Origin: a virus
Taxonomy: Duplodnaviria > Caudoviricetes
DNA length: 35,820 nucleotides
Reading direction: 5' to 3' (one strand)
Virus record (IMG/VR): IMGVR_UViG_3300037439_000017
Coordinates: 1-35,820 of that record
This document shows positions 8,277 through 15,327 of the stretch, piece after piece. Numbering within the stretch: position 1 is the first letter of the stretch; the number at the start of each line of letters is the position of its first letter. The notes beneath the pieces were generated by a model that made no database searches, had not been told where the DNA came from, and worked only from the letters and a program-made list of their open reading frames with translations. A program made the position numbers and the translations under genes.

Positions 8277-8747
8277 TTAGCCGAGGCGGACGACGGCGAG
8301 GCCAGTGGCCGCGGCGGAGGTGTCCCAACGGGCGCCGACGATCTGCACCGCCGAGTTCGCGTTGGAATCCTGGAAATCGCCGTTCGACGGGCGGACCCAG
8401 ACGGCATCACCAGCGCTGCAACCGCTGGCGCAGACGACCCAGATGTCGCCCTTGGTCATGACGCGGGCGGACTCGCCGATCCCGAAGACATCGGGCGTGT
8501 CGGCGGTGACCTGGCCATCGGTGACACTCAGCCCCGAGGCGGAACGGTCGAGGACCGTGATGCCCAGGACGGTGCCACCGTCGAACAGGATGCAGCCCTT
8601 GTCGGCGGTGCCCTGCTCCACGGCCTTGCCGAAGCCGATGGCTGCGACCTCGACGGTGCGGCTGATCAGCGTCGCCGGGATCATCGTGGCCTGTGCGCCG
8701 GCAACCGCGGCCGGCTGGGTGTCGTTGTAATCGGTCTGGACGGCCAT
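8277..8747 (-). CDS. Capsid decoration/cement protein
   Basis: 156 aa between protease and MCP; IGFGKAV, VMTKGDIWV, GARWDTSA motifs. Confidence 0.8.
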   Translation of the reverse strand: MAVQTDYNDTQPAAVAGAQATMIPATLISRTVEVAAIGFGKAVEQGTADKGCILFDGGTVLGITVLDRSASGLSVTDGQVTADTPDVFGIGESARVMTKGDIWVVCASGCSAGDAVWVRPSNGDFQDSNANSAVQIVGARWDTSAAATGLAVVRLG

Positions 8748-8749
8748 GG

Positions 8750-9952
8750 TTACTTACCTCCCGTCGCGGCGGCCTTCGGGCCGGCAGCGAGTGCGTCGAC
8801 GCTGGCCTGGTAGCCGTTGTCGTTGATGGGCGTCACCGAGGCGCTGCGGAGCACCCGGTTGACCGGATCCTTCTTGGCGTCCTCGACGAGGATGTCGAAG
8901 CGGGCGTCGACGTACGCCTGCGGCTTGTCCTTGATGGCCGCATCGCCGAGCTTCGCGACCACGGCAGCCTTGCGGATGTCGTCGTCGGTCTTGCCGGAGT
9001 AGTCGGCGTCGTGGACGGCCTTCGCCGTGGCGATCAGGTCGGCGCGCGCTTTGACACGCTGGTCGAGCTGCTCGTCGCTGAGCACCTTGCCCTTCAGGCT
9101 GTCGATCTCGGCATCCTTCTTGGCGATGGTGGCGTCCCGGTCCGCAAGCGCGGTCTGGTGCTTCGTTGCCGCATCGGTCAGGGCGGTGGAGCCGTCCTGT
9201 ACCTGCTGCTGCAGCTTGGCGATGGCCTGGGCTCCCGCGTCGGTGGTTTCGACGGACAGCCCATCGACCATGACGGTCTTGGTCTTGATGGTGTCGCTCA
9301 TGGTGAGTTTCCTCGGTGGTGGGTTGTCGTCGCCGATACGAAGTTGATCCCCACCGCGCGCCCGGTCGACTAGCGCGAGGTGTTGTGCTGAAACTGGTGT
9401 TGCGCCCCAGTGACTCTTGCTGTCACCGATGCGAAGTTCTGATCCTCCGCGGGCTGCGGCGACGATGGCGACGTGGTTTTGCTTCAGGTCGGTCATGTAG
9501 GCGTCGTACGGCTCCCCCGCAGGGGAAACGCCGTCGCTGAAGACCAGCTCGGCGCTGTATCCGGCAGAAAGCTCACGGGTGCCGCGGTTGACCTCGTCGA
9601 TGGCCTTCTGGTCGCGCAACATCATCGGAACGCGGACGAATTCACCGTCGCGCATGACTTCATCGCCGACCTCGCCGCGCGCCAGGTCCTTCCAATTGGA
9701 CGCAGTCACGCCTGCCTTCGGGTGTCCGACCGTGATCGGAACGCCAGCGTACGAAGCCATCGCGTCCTGTCGGAATACCTCGTCCGCAGGTCGGAATACC
9801 CTGACGACGTGCATTTCCGGATGACCGATTTCGTCACCGAGGTAAAGCTGGACGTTCTCGGCGCGCGCGACCCGTGCGTTGAACACCGCATAGCCCTCAG
9901 CGGTCTTTCGGATGGACGCCTTGTCCACCGCGACCGTATCGATGAATTGCAT
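8750..9952 (-). CDS. Prohead protease-scaffold (DUF2213 family)
   Basis: ATG at 9952 (GAGG RBS); PITVGHP, ELSAGY, NHVAIV..ARGG..LRIGD motifs; coiled-coil C-terminus. Confidence 0.88.
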   Translation of the reverse strand: MQFIDTVAVDKASIRKTAEGYAVFNARVARAENVQLYLGDEIGHPEMHVVRVFRPADEVFRQDAMASYAGVPITVGHPKAGVTASNWKDLARGEVGDEVMRDGEFVRVPMMLRDQKAIDEVNRGTRELSAGYSAELVFSDGVSPAGEPYDAYMTDLKQNHVAIVAAARGGSELRIGDSKSHWGATPVSAQHLALVDRARGGDQLRIGDDNPPPRKLTMSDTIKTKTVMVDGLSVETTDAGAQAIAKLQQQVQDGSTALTDAATKHQTALADRDATIAKKDAEIDSLKGKVLSDEQLDQRVKARADLIATAKAVHDADYSGKTDDDIRKAAVVAKLGDAAIKDKPQAYVDARFDILVEDAKKDPVNRVLRSASVTPINDNGYQASVDALAAGPKAAATGGK

Positions 9953-9977
9953 GTTCTCTGCCTCTTGGTGGATCGAC

Positions 9978-10012
9978 AAAAGAAAAGGGCACCCGGTTGG
10001 GCGCCCCTTCTT
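9978..10012 (-). terminator. Intrinsic terminator closing the RAMP/array cassette
   Basis: Minus strand AAGGGGCGCCC-AACC-GGGTGCCCTTT followed by TCTTTT; G-U pairs form only on the minus strand. Confidence 0.7.
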
Positions 10013-10023
10013 GTCGTTTTCGA

Positions 10024-10081
10024 CCCTTGCTAAGCCATACCCGGCCATACCAAGCACAGCCCTGCTGCGCCCTACCGTGCC
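10024..10081 (-). repeat. GGY-NN pentamer array 2 (11 units plus GGG), candidate guide RNA
   Basis: Minus strand: GGC AC GGT AG GGC GC AGC AG GGC TG TGC TT GGT AT GGC CG GGT AT GGC TT AGC AA GGG. Confidence 0.9.
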
Positions 10082-10099
10082 GACTGGCGCTTACCGCAC

Positions 10100-10127
10100 C
10101 GCAATGGATGGCACGCCACCCATTACG
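10100..10127 (-). other. Long hairpin separating the two pentamer arrays
   Basis: Minus strand CGTAATGGGTGGC-GT-GCCATCCATTGCG; two G-U pairs that would be A-C mismatches on the plus strand. Confidence 0.8.
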
Positions 10128-10137
10128 CTGTTGTCAG

Positions 10138-10190
10138 CCCTTGCTACGTCGCGCCGCGCCAAGCCGTGCCTAGCCCCGCTCGGCTGTGCC
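10138..10190 (-). repeat. GGY-NN pentamer array 1 (10 units plus GGG), candidate guide RNA
   Basis: Minus strand: GGC AC AGC CG AGC GG GGC TA GGC AC GGC TT GGC GC GGC GC GAC GT AGC AA GGG. Confidence 0.88.
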
Positions 10191-10325
10191 GTGGTTCAAG
10201 CAACTGCGAAGCCGTTGGACATCCGCCGACCAGAGAAGGCAAACCAGCAGCAGGACCATGCAAGCGATGACGCCGGCTAGCTGAAGCAATACCGGTTTGC
10301 TAGTCCTGTCGATGAAGGACTTCAC
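10170..10325 (-). CDS. Possible 51-aa single-TM peptide (not in ORF track)
   Basis: GTG with AAGGA RBS; MKSFIDRTSKPVLLQLAGVIACMVLLLVCLLWSADVQRLRSCLNHGTAERG; stop codon lies inside array 1. Confidence 0.4.
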   Translation of the reverse strand: MKSFIDRTSKPVLLQLAGVIACMVLLLVCLLWSADVQRLRSCLNHGTAERG

Positions 10326-10328
10326 TGG

Positions 10329-10832
10329 TCAATCCTTCGCGGATTCATTCGTCTCCGGCTTCGCCAGAAACCGTTTGCGCTTTGCGCGCTTCGCGCTTTC
10401 CTCAAGGAACGAGAGCCGCGCCAGAGCATCGGCGTTCTTCCTCGCTTCCTCGTGGCTCAACGCACCGCGATCGATGAAGCTCAGCCGTCGCCCCATCTTC
10501 CGAAGCTCCGACTTCACACGCTTCATGCCGTGTTCCATCGCGTATTCCGTTTGCTTATCCGGCTCCACGATCATGTAGCCCTGCCCCGGTACGGCCTTCA
10601 GGCACATGTTGCGTTCTTCTAGCAGGTGGTTTGCCAACGCATCAACCTGCGCAAGCAGGGACAACCGCCATTCCTCGTACTCGTCAACCGTGATTCTGCC
10701 GGTCGGCTTCGGCAAAAGGAGCGCCGCTTGTAGCTCATCGTGCGGCACCACGTCGCCGTAGGTGTACCGACCTGCGAACAGTTCGGCGGCAGCGTTGCGC
10801 CATGCCGGCAGCAGATGGACCGCGCCGCTCAC
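10329..10832 (-). CDS. RAMP-associated accessory protein, winged-helix-like N-terminus plus helical basic C-terminus
   Basis: GTGA-coupled to the RAMP gene; GDVVPHDEL..., LKAVPGQGYMIV wing-like motif; basic tail. Confidence 0.7.
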   Translation of the reverse strand: MSGAVHLLPAWRNAAAELFAGRYTYGDVVPHDELQAALLLPKPTGRITVDEYEEWRLSLLAQVDALANHLLEERNMCLKAVPGQGYMIVEPDKQTEYAMEHGMKRVKSELRKMGRRLSFIDRGALSHEEARKNADALARLSFLEESAKRAKRKRFLAKPETNESAKD

Positions 10833-11398
10833 GACAGAACCTCAACGCCGAACCGGCCGAAACGCGGGCGGTAGGTGCCGATGCCTATGCGCCGGCCGGC
10901 TTCTTCCACTACCCGCACAAGGTCGCCCTTATCGATCACGTCCTCCATGAACTCGATATCGAACTGCGTTGCCCACGACAGGAAGATCGGCCTGCAACGC
11001 ATGATCTTCTTGCCGCCGACGTTTACCCCGCGAACATCGGCGTGCTTGTTGCCCTGCCACAGCTTTTCCTTCTTACGCGGGCCGTCATATTCCAGCTTGT
11101 GCTTGTCGTCCACGACCCGCACGGCTTGCTTGATGGTCTTGCCTAGCCGGTGAATCTTGCCGGCCTCTGCAATGCAGCCCTCGATGTTCAGCGCCGGGAT
11201 GTAGGGGCCGATCTGATCGTCGAAGTACATGCCGGCCGACCACTCCGACTCCATCAGCCAGAGGTAATCGTCCTCGGACTTCTTCTTCTTGCCGCTGACC
11301 GCCTTGTGAGCCTTGGTCAGTTCGTGCAAGGGGTTCGCCAGGGTCTCCGCCTGCATCAACAGGGGAGCGTTTCCGGTAATGCGGAACGTGATGTTCAT
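10829..11398 (-). CDS. Stand-alone Cas7/Csm3-like RAMP superfamily protein
   Basis: RAMP hallmarks: N-terminal strand ITFRITGNAPLLM, PYIPALNIEGCI (cf. PxIPGSSxKG), RPIF..W, C-terminal Gly-rich loop GRRIGIGTYRPRFGRFGV; GAGG RBS. Confidence 0.8.
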   Translation of the reverse strand: MNITFRITGNAPLLMQAETLANPLHELTKAHKAVSGKKKKSEDDYLWLMESEWSAGMYFDDQIGPYIPALNIEGCIAEAGKIHRLGKTIKQAVRVVDDKHKLEYDGPRKKEKLWQGNKHADVRGVNVGGKKIMRCRPIFLSWATQFDIEFMEDVIDKGDLVRVVEEAGRRIGIGTYRPRFGRFGVEVLS

Positions 11399-11454
11399 CG
11401 GTAAGCCTCAGTTCGTGGCCTGCTGTTTGGCGGTATGCCTAGCGCCACGCACCG

Positions 11455-11483
11455 AATATATTACCGTTATCGGATGTTTTCAA
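11455..11483 (-). promoter_or_regulatory. Sigma70-type promoter for the RAMP operon
   Basis: Minus strand TTGAAA-17 bp-TATATT in an AT-rich patch about 55 nt upstream of the RAMP ATG. Confidence 0.7.
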
Positions 11484-11548
11484 TCCTTTTAAGGGCTGTA
11501 CTATCATGATGTCGGGCTGGAATAACCCTCATCAGCGAGAATGCGACA

Positions 11549-11770
11549 ATGTCCACCATGCTCAGCGGCTCCAAACTACGCGCCATCCGATCCCTGAAGG
11601 GGATGACCCAAGCTCAGCTTGCGGAGGCCTCAGGGGTCTCCCCCACCGCCATCACCGAGTACGAAAAAGGCAAGCGCGACCTACGCGCCGACACCATTCG
11701 GAAGCTCTGCGAAGCGCTCGGCGTGCAGGTCAAGTACATCGTGGACGGGACCGAGATCACCGGCCCTTAG
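11549..11770 (+). CDS. XRE-family HTH regulator, divergent from the RAMP operon
   Basis: LRAIRSLKGMTQAQLAEASGVSPTAITEYEKGKRD..L..ALGV. Confidence 0.9.
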   Translation: MSTMLSGSKLRAIRSLKGMTQAQLAEASGVSPTAITEYEKGKRDLRADTIRKLCEALGVQVKYIVDGTEITGP

Positions 11771-11954
11771 CCTTGCGCTTCGCCTTCCGCTTCTTCCTGA
11801 GTTTCGCAGCGTAGTCATCCATTTCCTTGGTCGCTGTCGCCATGCCCTTTAGGGCTGCATTCAGCTTGGTCTGCGCGGATAGCGCATCCAGCTTCCGTGT
11901 CCCCTCTGCCAGCTGGCTCGAATCCACGCGATAGCCGAGGTCGTTGATATTCAT
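11757..11954 (-). CDS. Small protein resembling a tape-measure N-terminus with a basic tail (possible remnant)
   Basis: MNINDLGYRVDSSQLAEGTRKLDAL..; GGAG RBS. Confidence 0.5.
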   Translation of the reverse strand: MNINDLGYRVDSSQLAEGTRKLDALSAQTKLNAALKGMATATKEMDDYAAKLRKKRKAKRKAKGR

Positions 11955-11967
11955 TTAGTCGCTTCTC

Positions 11968-13413
11968 CTAGACCTTGCCCGTGAATGGGGCAATATCACT
12001 CTCCGTGAACGTGTGGATCGGTGCTGAATCTTTGGCCGCGATCCGCTCTGCCTCGATCTCTTCGGGCGTCTTGCCGGTCGTCAGCGAGGCCACATCATCT
12101 TCGGTCGTGTCCTCACCATCTGGATTCGCGGCCTTCCACTCATCCATCGACTGCTCGAGGCCAGGCGCGACGCCCGCTTCAGTGAGCATCGTCACCGCGA
12201 CCTCGCTCATCACGTCGTCTGGGATCAGGCCGGTCTCGCCGATCGACTTGATCGTCTCGGCGGTGATCTTGCCGATGTCGGCGCGTTCCTTATCCGTGCT
12301 CTGCCAGAGGCTGGCCCAGTTGTAGAACAGTTCCGGCGGGCGCGTGCCCAGTGCAGATCGGATCAGGCACTCGTCGAAGATGGCGAGCGCCGGCGTCATC
12401 GATAGCTGCTGCATCGCGCTGATGCGGTCGTAGTAGTTGCGGATGTCGGCATCGCCGGTCGCATTCAGACCTGCAGGGGCTTGCCCGAGCAGGCGCGTGA
12501 CCGGGATGTCGGCCGCACCGGACACCAGCTGCATGAAGGCCAGCATGATGTTCGTCAGCTCGCCGAAGGTCGCGGTCTTCTGCTCGTACTCTTCCTCGGA
12601 GTCGAGGATCAGGCAGCCGTTGATGCCCTTGGCCGTCGCCGCCAGGGTCAACCGCTCGATGACCTGCTGCTCGTACGCCGTACCGCCGCCCTGCAGCTTC
12701 TCCATCAGCTTCGGGATTTTGATCACGTCGATCTTCGCTTCGAACACCAGCGAGGCGATGTTCGCCGCGGTGCCGTCGGCTTGCTTGATCGTCTGCAGGA
12801 TCGCGAGCAGGACCGGGTCGCCCCAGCCGCGTTCGGCTCCGGTGGCCCGCTCCGGATCAGGATGCAACGCGCCCTGGAAGATGATCAGCCGCGAGGGATG
12901 GATGTCGACTTGGCCGGTCTGGCTGGTGATCGTGTATTCCTTCGGCTTGCCGTAGGCCTCAGATTCCGGGTTGGTCTCGGTCTCGCCGGCCTGCAGCACG
13001 CGGCGCGTCAGCACGTTGAGGTGCTTGATGCCGCCTTTCGCGATCGACTCCGGGTTCAGCGGCTTCGTCGGATCGGAGTCACCGGTACCGATGTAGATCG
13101 CAGCACCACCGAACAAGCGCGCCTTGGTCAGCGCTTCGAGCACCTTGGCCTGCAGCCCCAGCCGTGTCTCCTCGGCCTCGACATCGCTGATCTCGTCGCC
13201 ATCGGCCTGCCAGTTCCGCCACTTGCGGCAGGCATCGAGCGCCGGGATGTCGATGATCTTCCGCGGCAGCCACGCACCACGGTAGGCGTTGAGCAGCTGA
13301 TCCTCGGGCAGGCACGGCACGGCGTAGTAGCTGCTGGCCGCCTTGTCGCGAGGCGTGTTGAGGTTGGCGACCAGGTTGCGCAACCCGTCGCCGATCTTGT
13401 GGACAACGCCCAT
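11968..13413 (-). CDS. Portal protein (DUF1073 family)
   Basis: Follows TerL; W..RKIIDIPA.D..R.W, ARLFGGA, IHPSRL, SGAADIP.TRLLG.AP.GLNATG..D..NYYD motifs. Confidence 0.9.
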   Translation of the reverse strand: MGVVHKIGDGLRNLVANLNTPRDKAASSYYAVPCLPEDQLLNAYRGAWLPRKIIDIPALDACRKWRNWQADGDEISDVEAEETRLGLQAKVLEALTKARLFGGAAIYIGTGDSDPTKPLNPESIAKGGIKHLNVLTRRVLQAGETETNPESEAYGKPKEYTITSQTGQVDIHPSRLIIFQGALHPDPERATGAERGWGDPVLLAILQTIKQADGTAANIASLVFEAKIDVIKIPKLMEKLQGGGTAYEQQVIERLTLAATAKGINGCLILDSEEEYEQKTATFGELTNIMLAFMQLVSGAADIPVTRLLGQAPAGLNATGDADIRNYYDRISAMQQLSMTPALAIFDECLIRSALGTRPPELFYNWASLWQSTDKERADIGKITAETIKSIGETGLIPDDVMSEVAVTMLTEAGVAPGLEQSMDEWKAANPDGEDTTEDDVASLTTGKTPEEIEAERIAAKDSAPIHTFTESDIAPFTGKV

Positions 13414-14942
13414 CAGAGTGCGCCTTCCAGATCGTAGGTGCTGCCGGTCACGAGTTCGGCAAAGCCGCCCGACAGCGCGTCGACCTGATCATCGTGTGCG
13501 GCGTTGGGGAACATGCTGACCTCATCGAGAAACGTTTCATTCCAGGAACCACGGACCAACTTGATGTTCCCGGCTTCGGCCTGGGCCGCCACCGGGGTTG
13601 CACGCACTTCCTTCGAACCGGTCTCCAGTACCGAATGGATGTCCCATCCGGCCAGGAGCTTGATCAGGTGCGCCGCATTCGACTTGCCGGCGGCGCCGGG
13701 GTCTTGTGGCACCACGACCTTGATGAACTTGCCGTCCTGCGTAGCCGTCGCCTTCAGCAAGCGCTCGACGCCAGCGGGGGATTCCTGCTCGCGTACGACA
13801 TGCTCGACGTAGTAGGTGCCGCGCAGCTCGCTCAGCAGCAGCCCGACGGTCCAGTCCGGATCGCCGCCCTGCTTCTTCTTGTCCTTCGGGTCGGTCGCGG
13901 CGAAGTCCCAGCGCCGCACCTTGCGGGCATTCGCCGGAACGACATCGACCACATCGAACCAGCCGCGCTTGAACAGGCCGCCTTCACGAGGCGCCGGCCG
14001 CTGCTGGAACTGTCCGGCCGTGGCATAGCTGCCCATGACCTTCTTGTCGCGCTCGATCACCACACGGGGGAAGCGCTCCGGGAAGAGCAGCTCGCCGTCC
14101 TGCGATCGCGGATCCTTGAAGCCGATGCTGGTGCTGCAGCGCCGCTTCGGTTCGAACTCCATCGGCAGCATCAGGTGGTCGTAGCCCAGCCCGAGCTTCA
14201 TGATCTGTCCGGACACGTCCTTCTCGTGCAGCCGTTGCATCACCACGACGATCGCCGACTTCTCCGGGTTGTTAAGCCGGGTCGGCACCGACTCGCGAAA
14301 GATGCGGGTCGTGTTCTCGCGTTCGGTATCGCTCTCCGCCGTCTCGGTGGAGTGCGGGTCATCGATGATCACCCGATCGCCGCGACCGGCCGTCAGGCTG
14401 CCGAAGGCGACACCCTCGCGGCCTCCGGTCTTGGTGTTGGCGAAGGACATCTCGCCGGCGCGGGTCAGCTCGATCTCCGGCCATAAGGACCGATACCACT
14501 CCGACGCGACCAGGTCGCGCATGCGCCGGCTGTCGCGCTTGACGTACTTCTCGGCGTACGAGGTGGTCAGGTAGCGATACGCCGCCAGTCCTTGCGGGCC
14601 CCACTCCCATGCCGGCCAGAACACGCTGGTCAGCAGCGACTTCATCGTGCCCGGCGGGATGTTGATCAGCAGGCGGGTGATCTGCCCCTGCGTCACTGCC
14701 TCCAAGTGGTCGCAGATCGCCCCGACATGCCAGCCATGCACGTAGGGCTGCGATGGCTCCAGCACGTGCCAGGCCTCGCGGACGAATCCGGAGAGGGTCT
14801 TGCAGCGGTGCCGGATCGCCTCGCAGTCCCGGGCAAGCCTCGCCCGTTCCTGCTCTACCTCACGCCTCGCCCGCTCCGCTCGTATCTGCGCCATCGTCGG
14901 CAAGCGGCCCGAGAATCGCTTCAAGGCTGGCGAGTTGCTCAT
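13413..14942 (-). CDS. terL: Terminase large subunit (alternative start 14894)
   Basis: Walker A NIPPGTMKS, Walker B VIIDDPH, MQRLHEKD, QQRP, WDFA, HDDQVDA nuclease motifs. Confidence 0.95.
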   Translation of the reverse strand: MSNSPALKRFSGRLPTMAQIRAERARREVEQERARLARDCEAIRHRCKTLSGFVREAWHVLEPSQPYVHGWHVGAICDHLEAVTQGQITRLLINIPPGTMKSLLTSVFWPAWEWGPQGLAAYRYLTTSYAEKYVKRDSRRMRDLVASEWYRSLWPEIELTRAGEMSFANTKTGGREGVAFGSLTAGRGDRVIIDDPHSTETAESDTERENTTRIFRESVPTRLNNPEKSAIVVVMQRLHEKDVSGQIMKLGLGYDHLMLPMEFEPKRRCSTSIGFKDPRSQDGELLFPERFPRVVIERDKKVMGSYATAGQFQQRPAPREGGLFKRGWFDVVDVVPANARKVRRWDFAATDPKDKKKQGGDPDWTVGLLLSELRGTYYVEHVVREQESPAGVERLLKATATQDGKFIKVVVPQDPGAAGKSNAAHLIKLLAGWDIHSVLETGSKEVRATPVAAQAEAGNIKLVRGSWNETFLDEVSMFPNAAHDDQVDALSGGFAELVTGSTYDLEGAL

Positions 14943-15324
14943 CGGTCAGGTTGCTCAGGTCGTAGGTGCCGATCGCGCCGCTGTGCCGGTGCCGCTCGAC
15001 GATGTGACCGCCGATCTTGGCCTTGCCCATCGACGCCGCCACCGCAGCGCTCGTTTGCTTCTCGGTGATCGCCAGCGTTCTGGCTTCCTCAAGTTCTTCC
15101 ATCAAGGATTCGGCCGTCACCTCGGCCTTCCTGGTGATCTTGTTCTGCGCCTTAGCAACGGCAGCACGAACCTGAGCATTCCTTAGCAGGCGGCAACCCT
15201 GAACTTCAGCGGAGGCTTTGGCATAGCCGGCGCGGATGGCGGCCTGCTTGCCGTTCGAGTCCTTCTGGTACTCGGCAACGAATCGCGCCTGCTTCGGCGT
15301 CAGGCCTGGCTTCCTGCTGGCCAC
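14860..15324 (-). CDS. terS: Terminase small subunit
   Basis: LTPKQARFVAEY..D.NG.QAAIRAGY HTH motif upstream of terL. Confidence 0.9.
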   Translation of the reverse strand: MASRKPGLTPKQARFVAEYQKDSNGKQAAIRAGYAKASAEVQGCRLLRNAQVRAAVAKAQNKITRKAEVTAESLMEELEEARTLAITEKQTSAAVAASMGKAKIGGHIVERHRHSGAIGTYDLSNLTDEQLASLEAILGPLADDGADTSGAGEA

Positions 15325-15327
15325 GGG

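Larger units (their letters stand above)
9978..10195 (-). ncRNA. Putative two-unit guide RNA precursor for the RAMP protein
   Basis: Two pentamer arrays with shared ends (GGCAC..., ...AGCAAGGG), each followed by a hairpin, downstream of and co-oriented with the RAMP gene. Confidence 0.65.

Noticed and set aside
9953-10057. N-terminal extension of the protease ORF shown in the ORF track
   Set aside because: It runs through array 2 and a terminator; ATG 9952 has an RBS and a family-like start
10024-10190. Canonical CRISPR array next to the Cas7-like gene
   Set aside because: There are no 25-40 bp direct repeats with unique spacers; the structure is a 5-nt periodic motif
10024-10190. Simple microsatellite or coding low-complexity repeat
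   Set aside because: The NN positions vary while the phase is fixed, the period is not a multiple of 3, and both arrays share ends and hairpins, unlike slippage repeats
11461-11484. Array 2 autoregulatory match to the cassette promoter
   Set aside because: Only CG-AT-TT match in register; not significant
11968-13413. Anti-CBASS Acb1 label sometimes attached to DUF1073 proteins
   Set aside because: Size, motifs and position after terL indicate a portal
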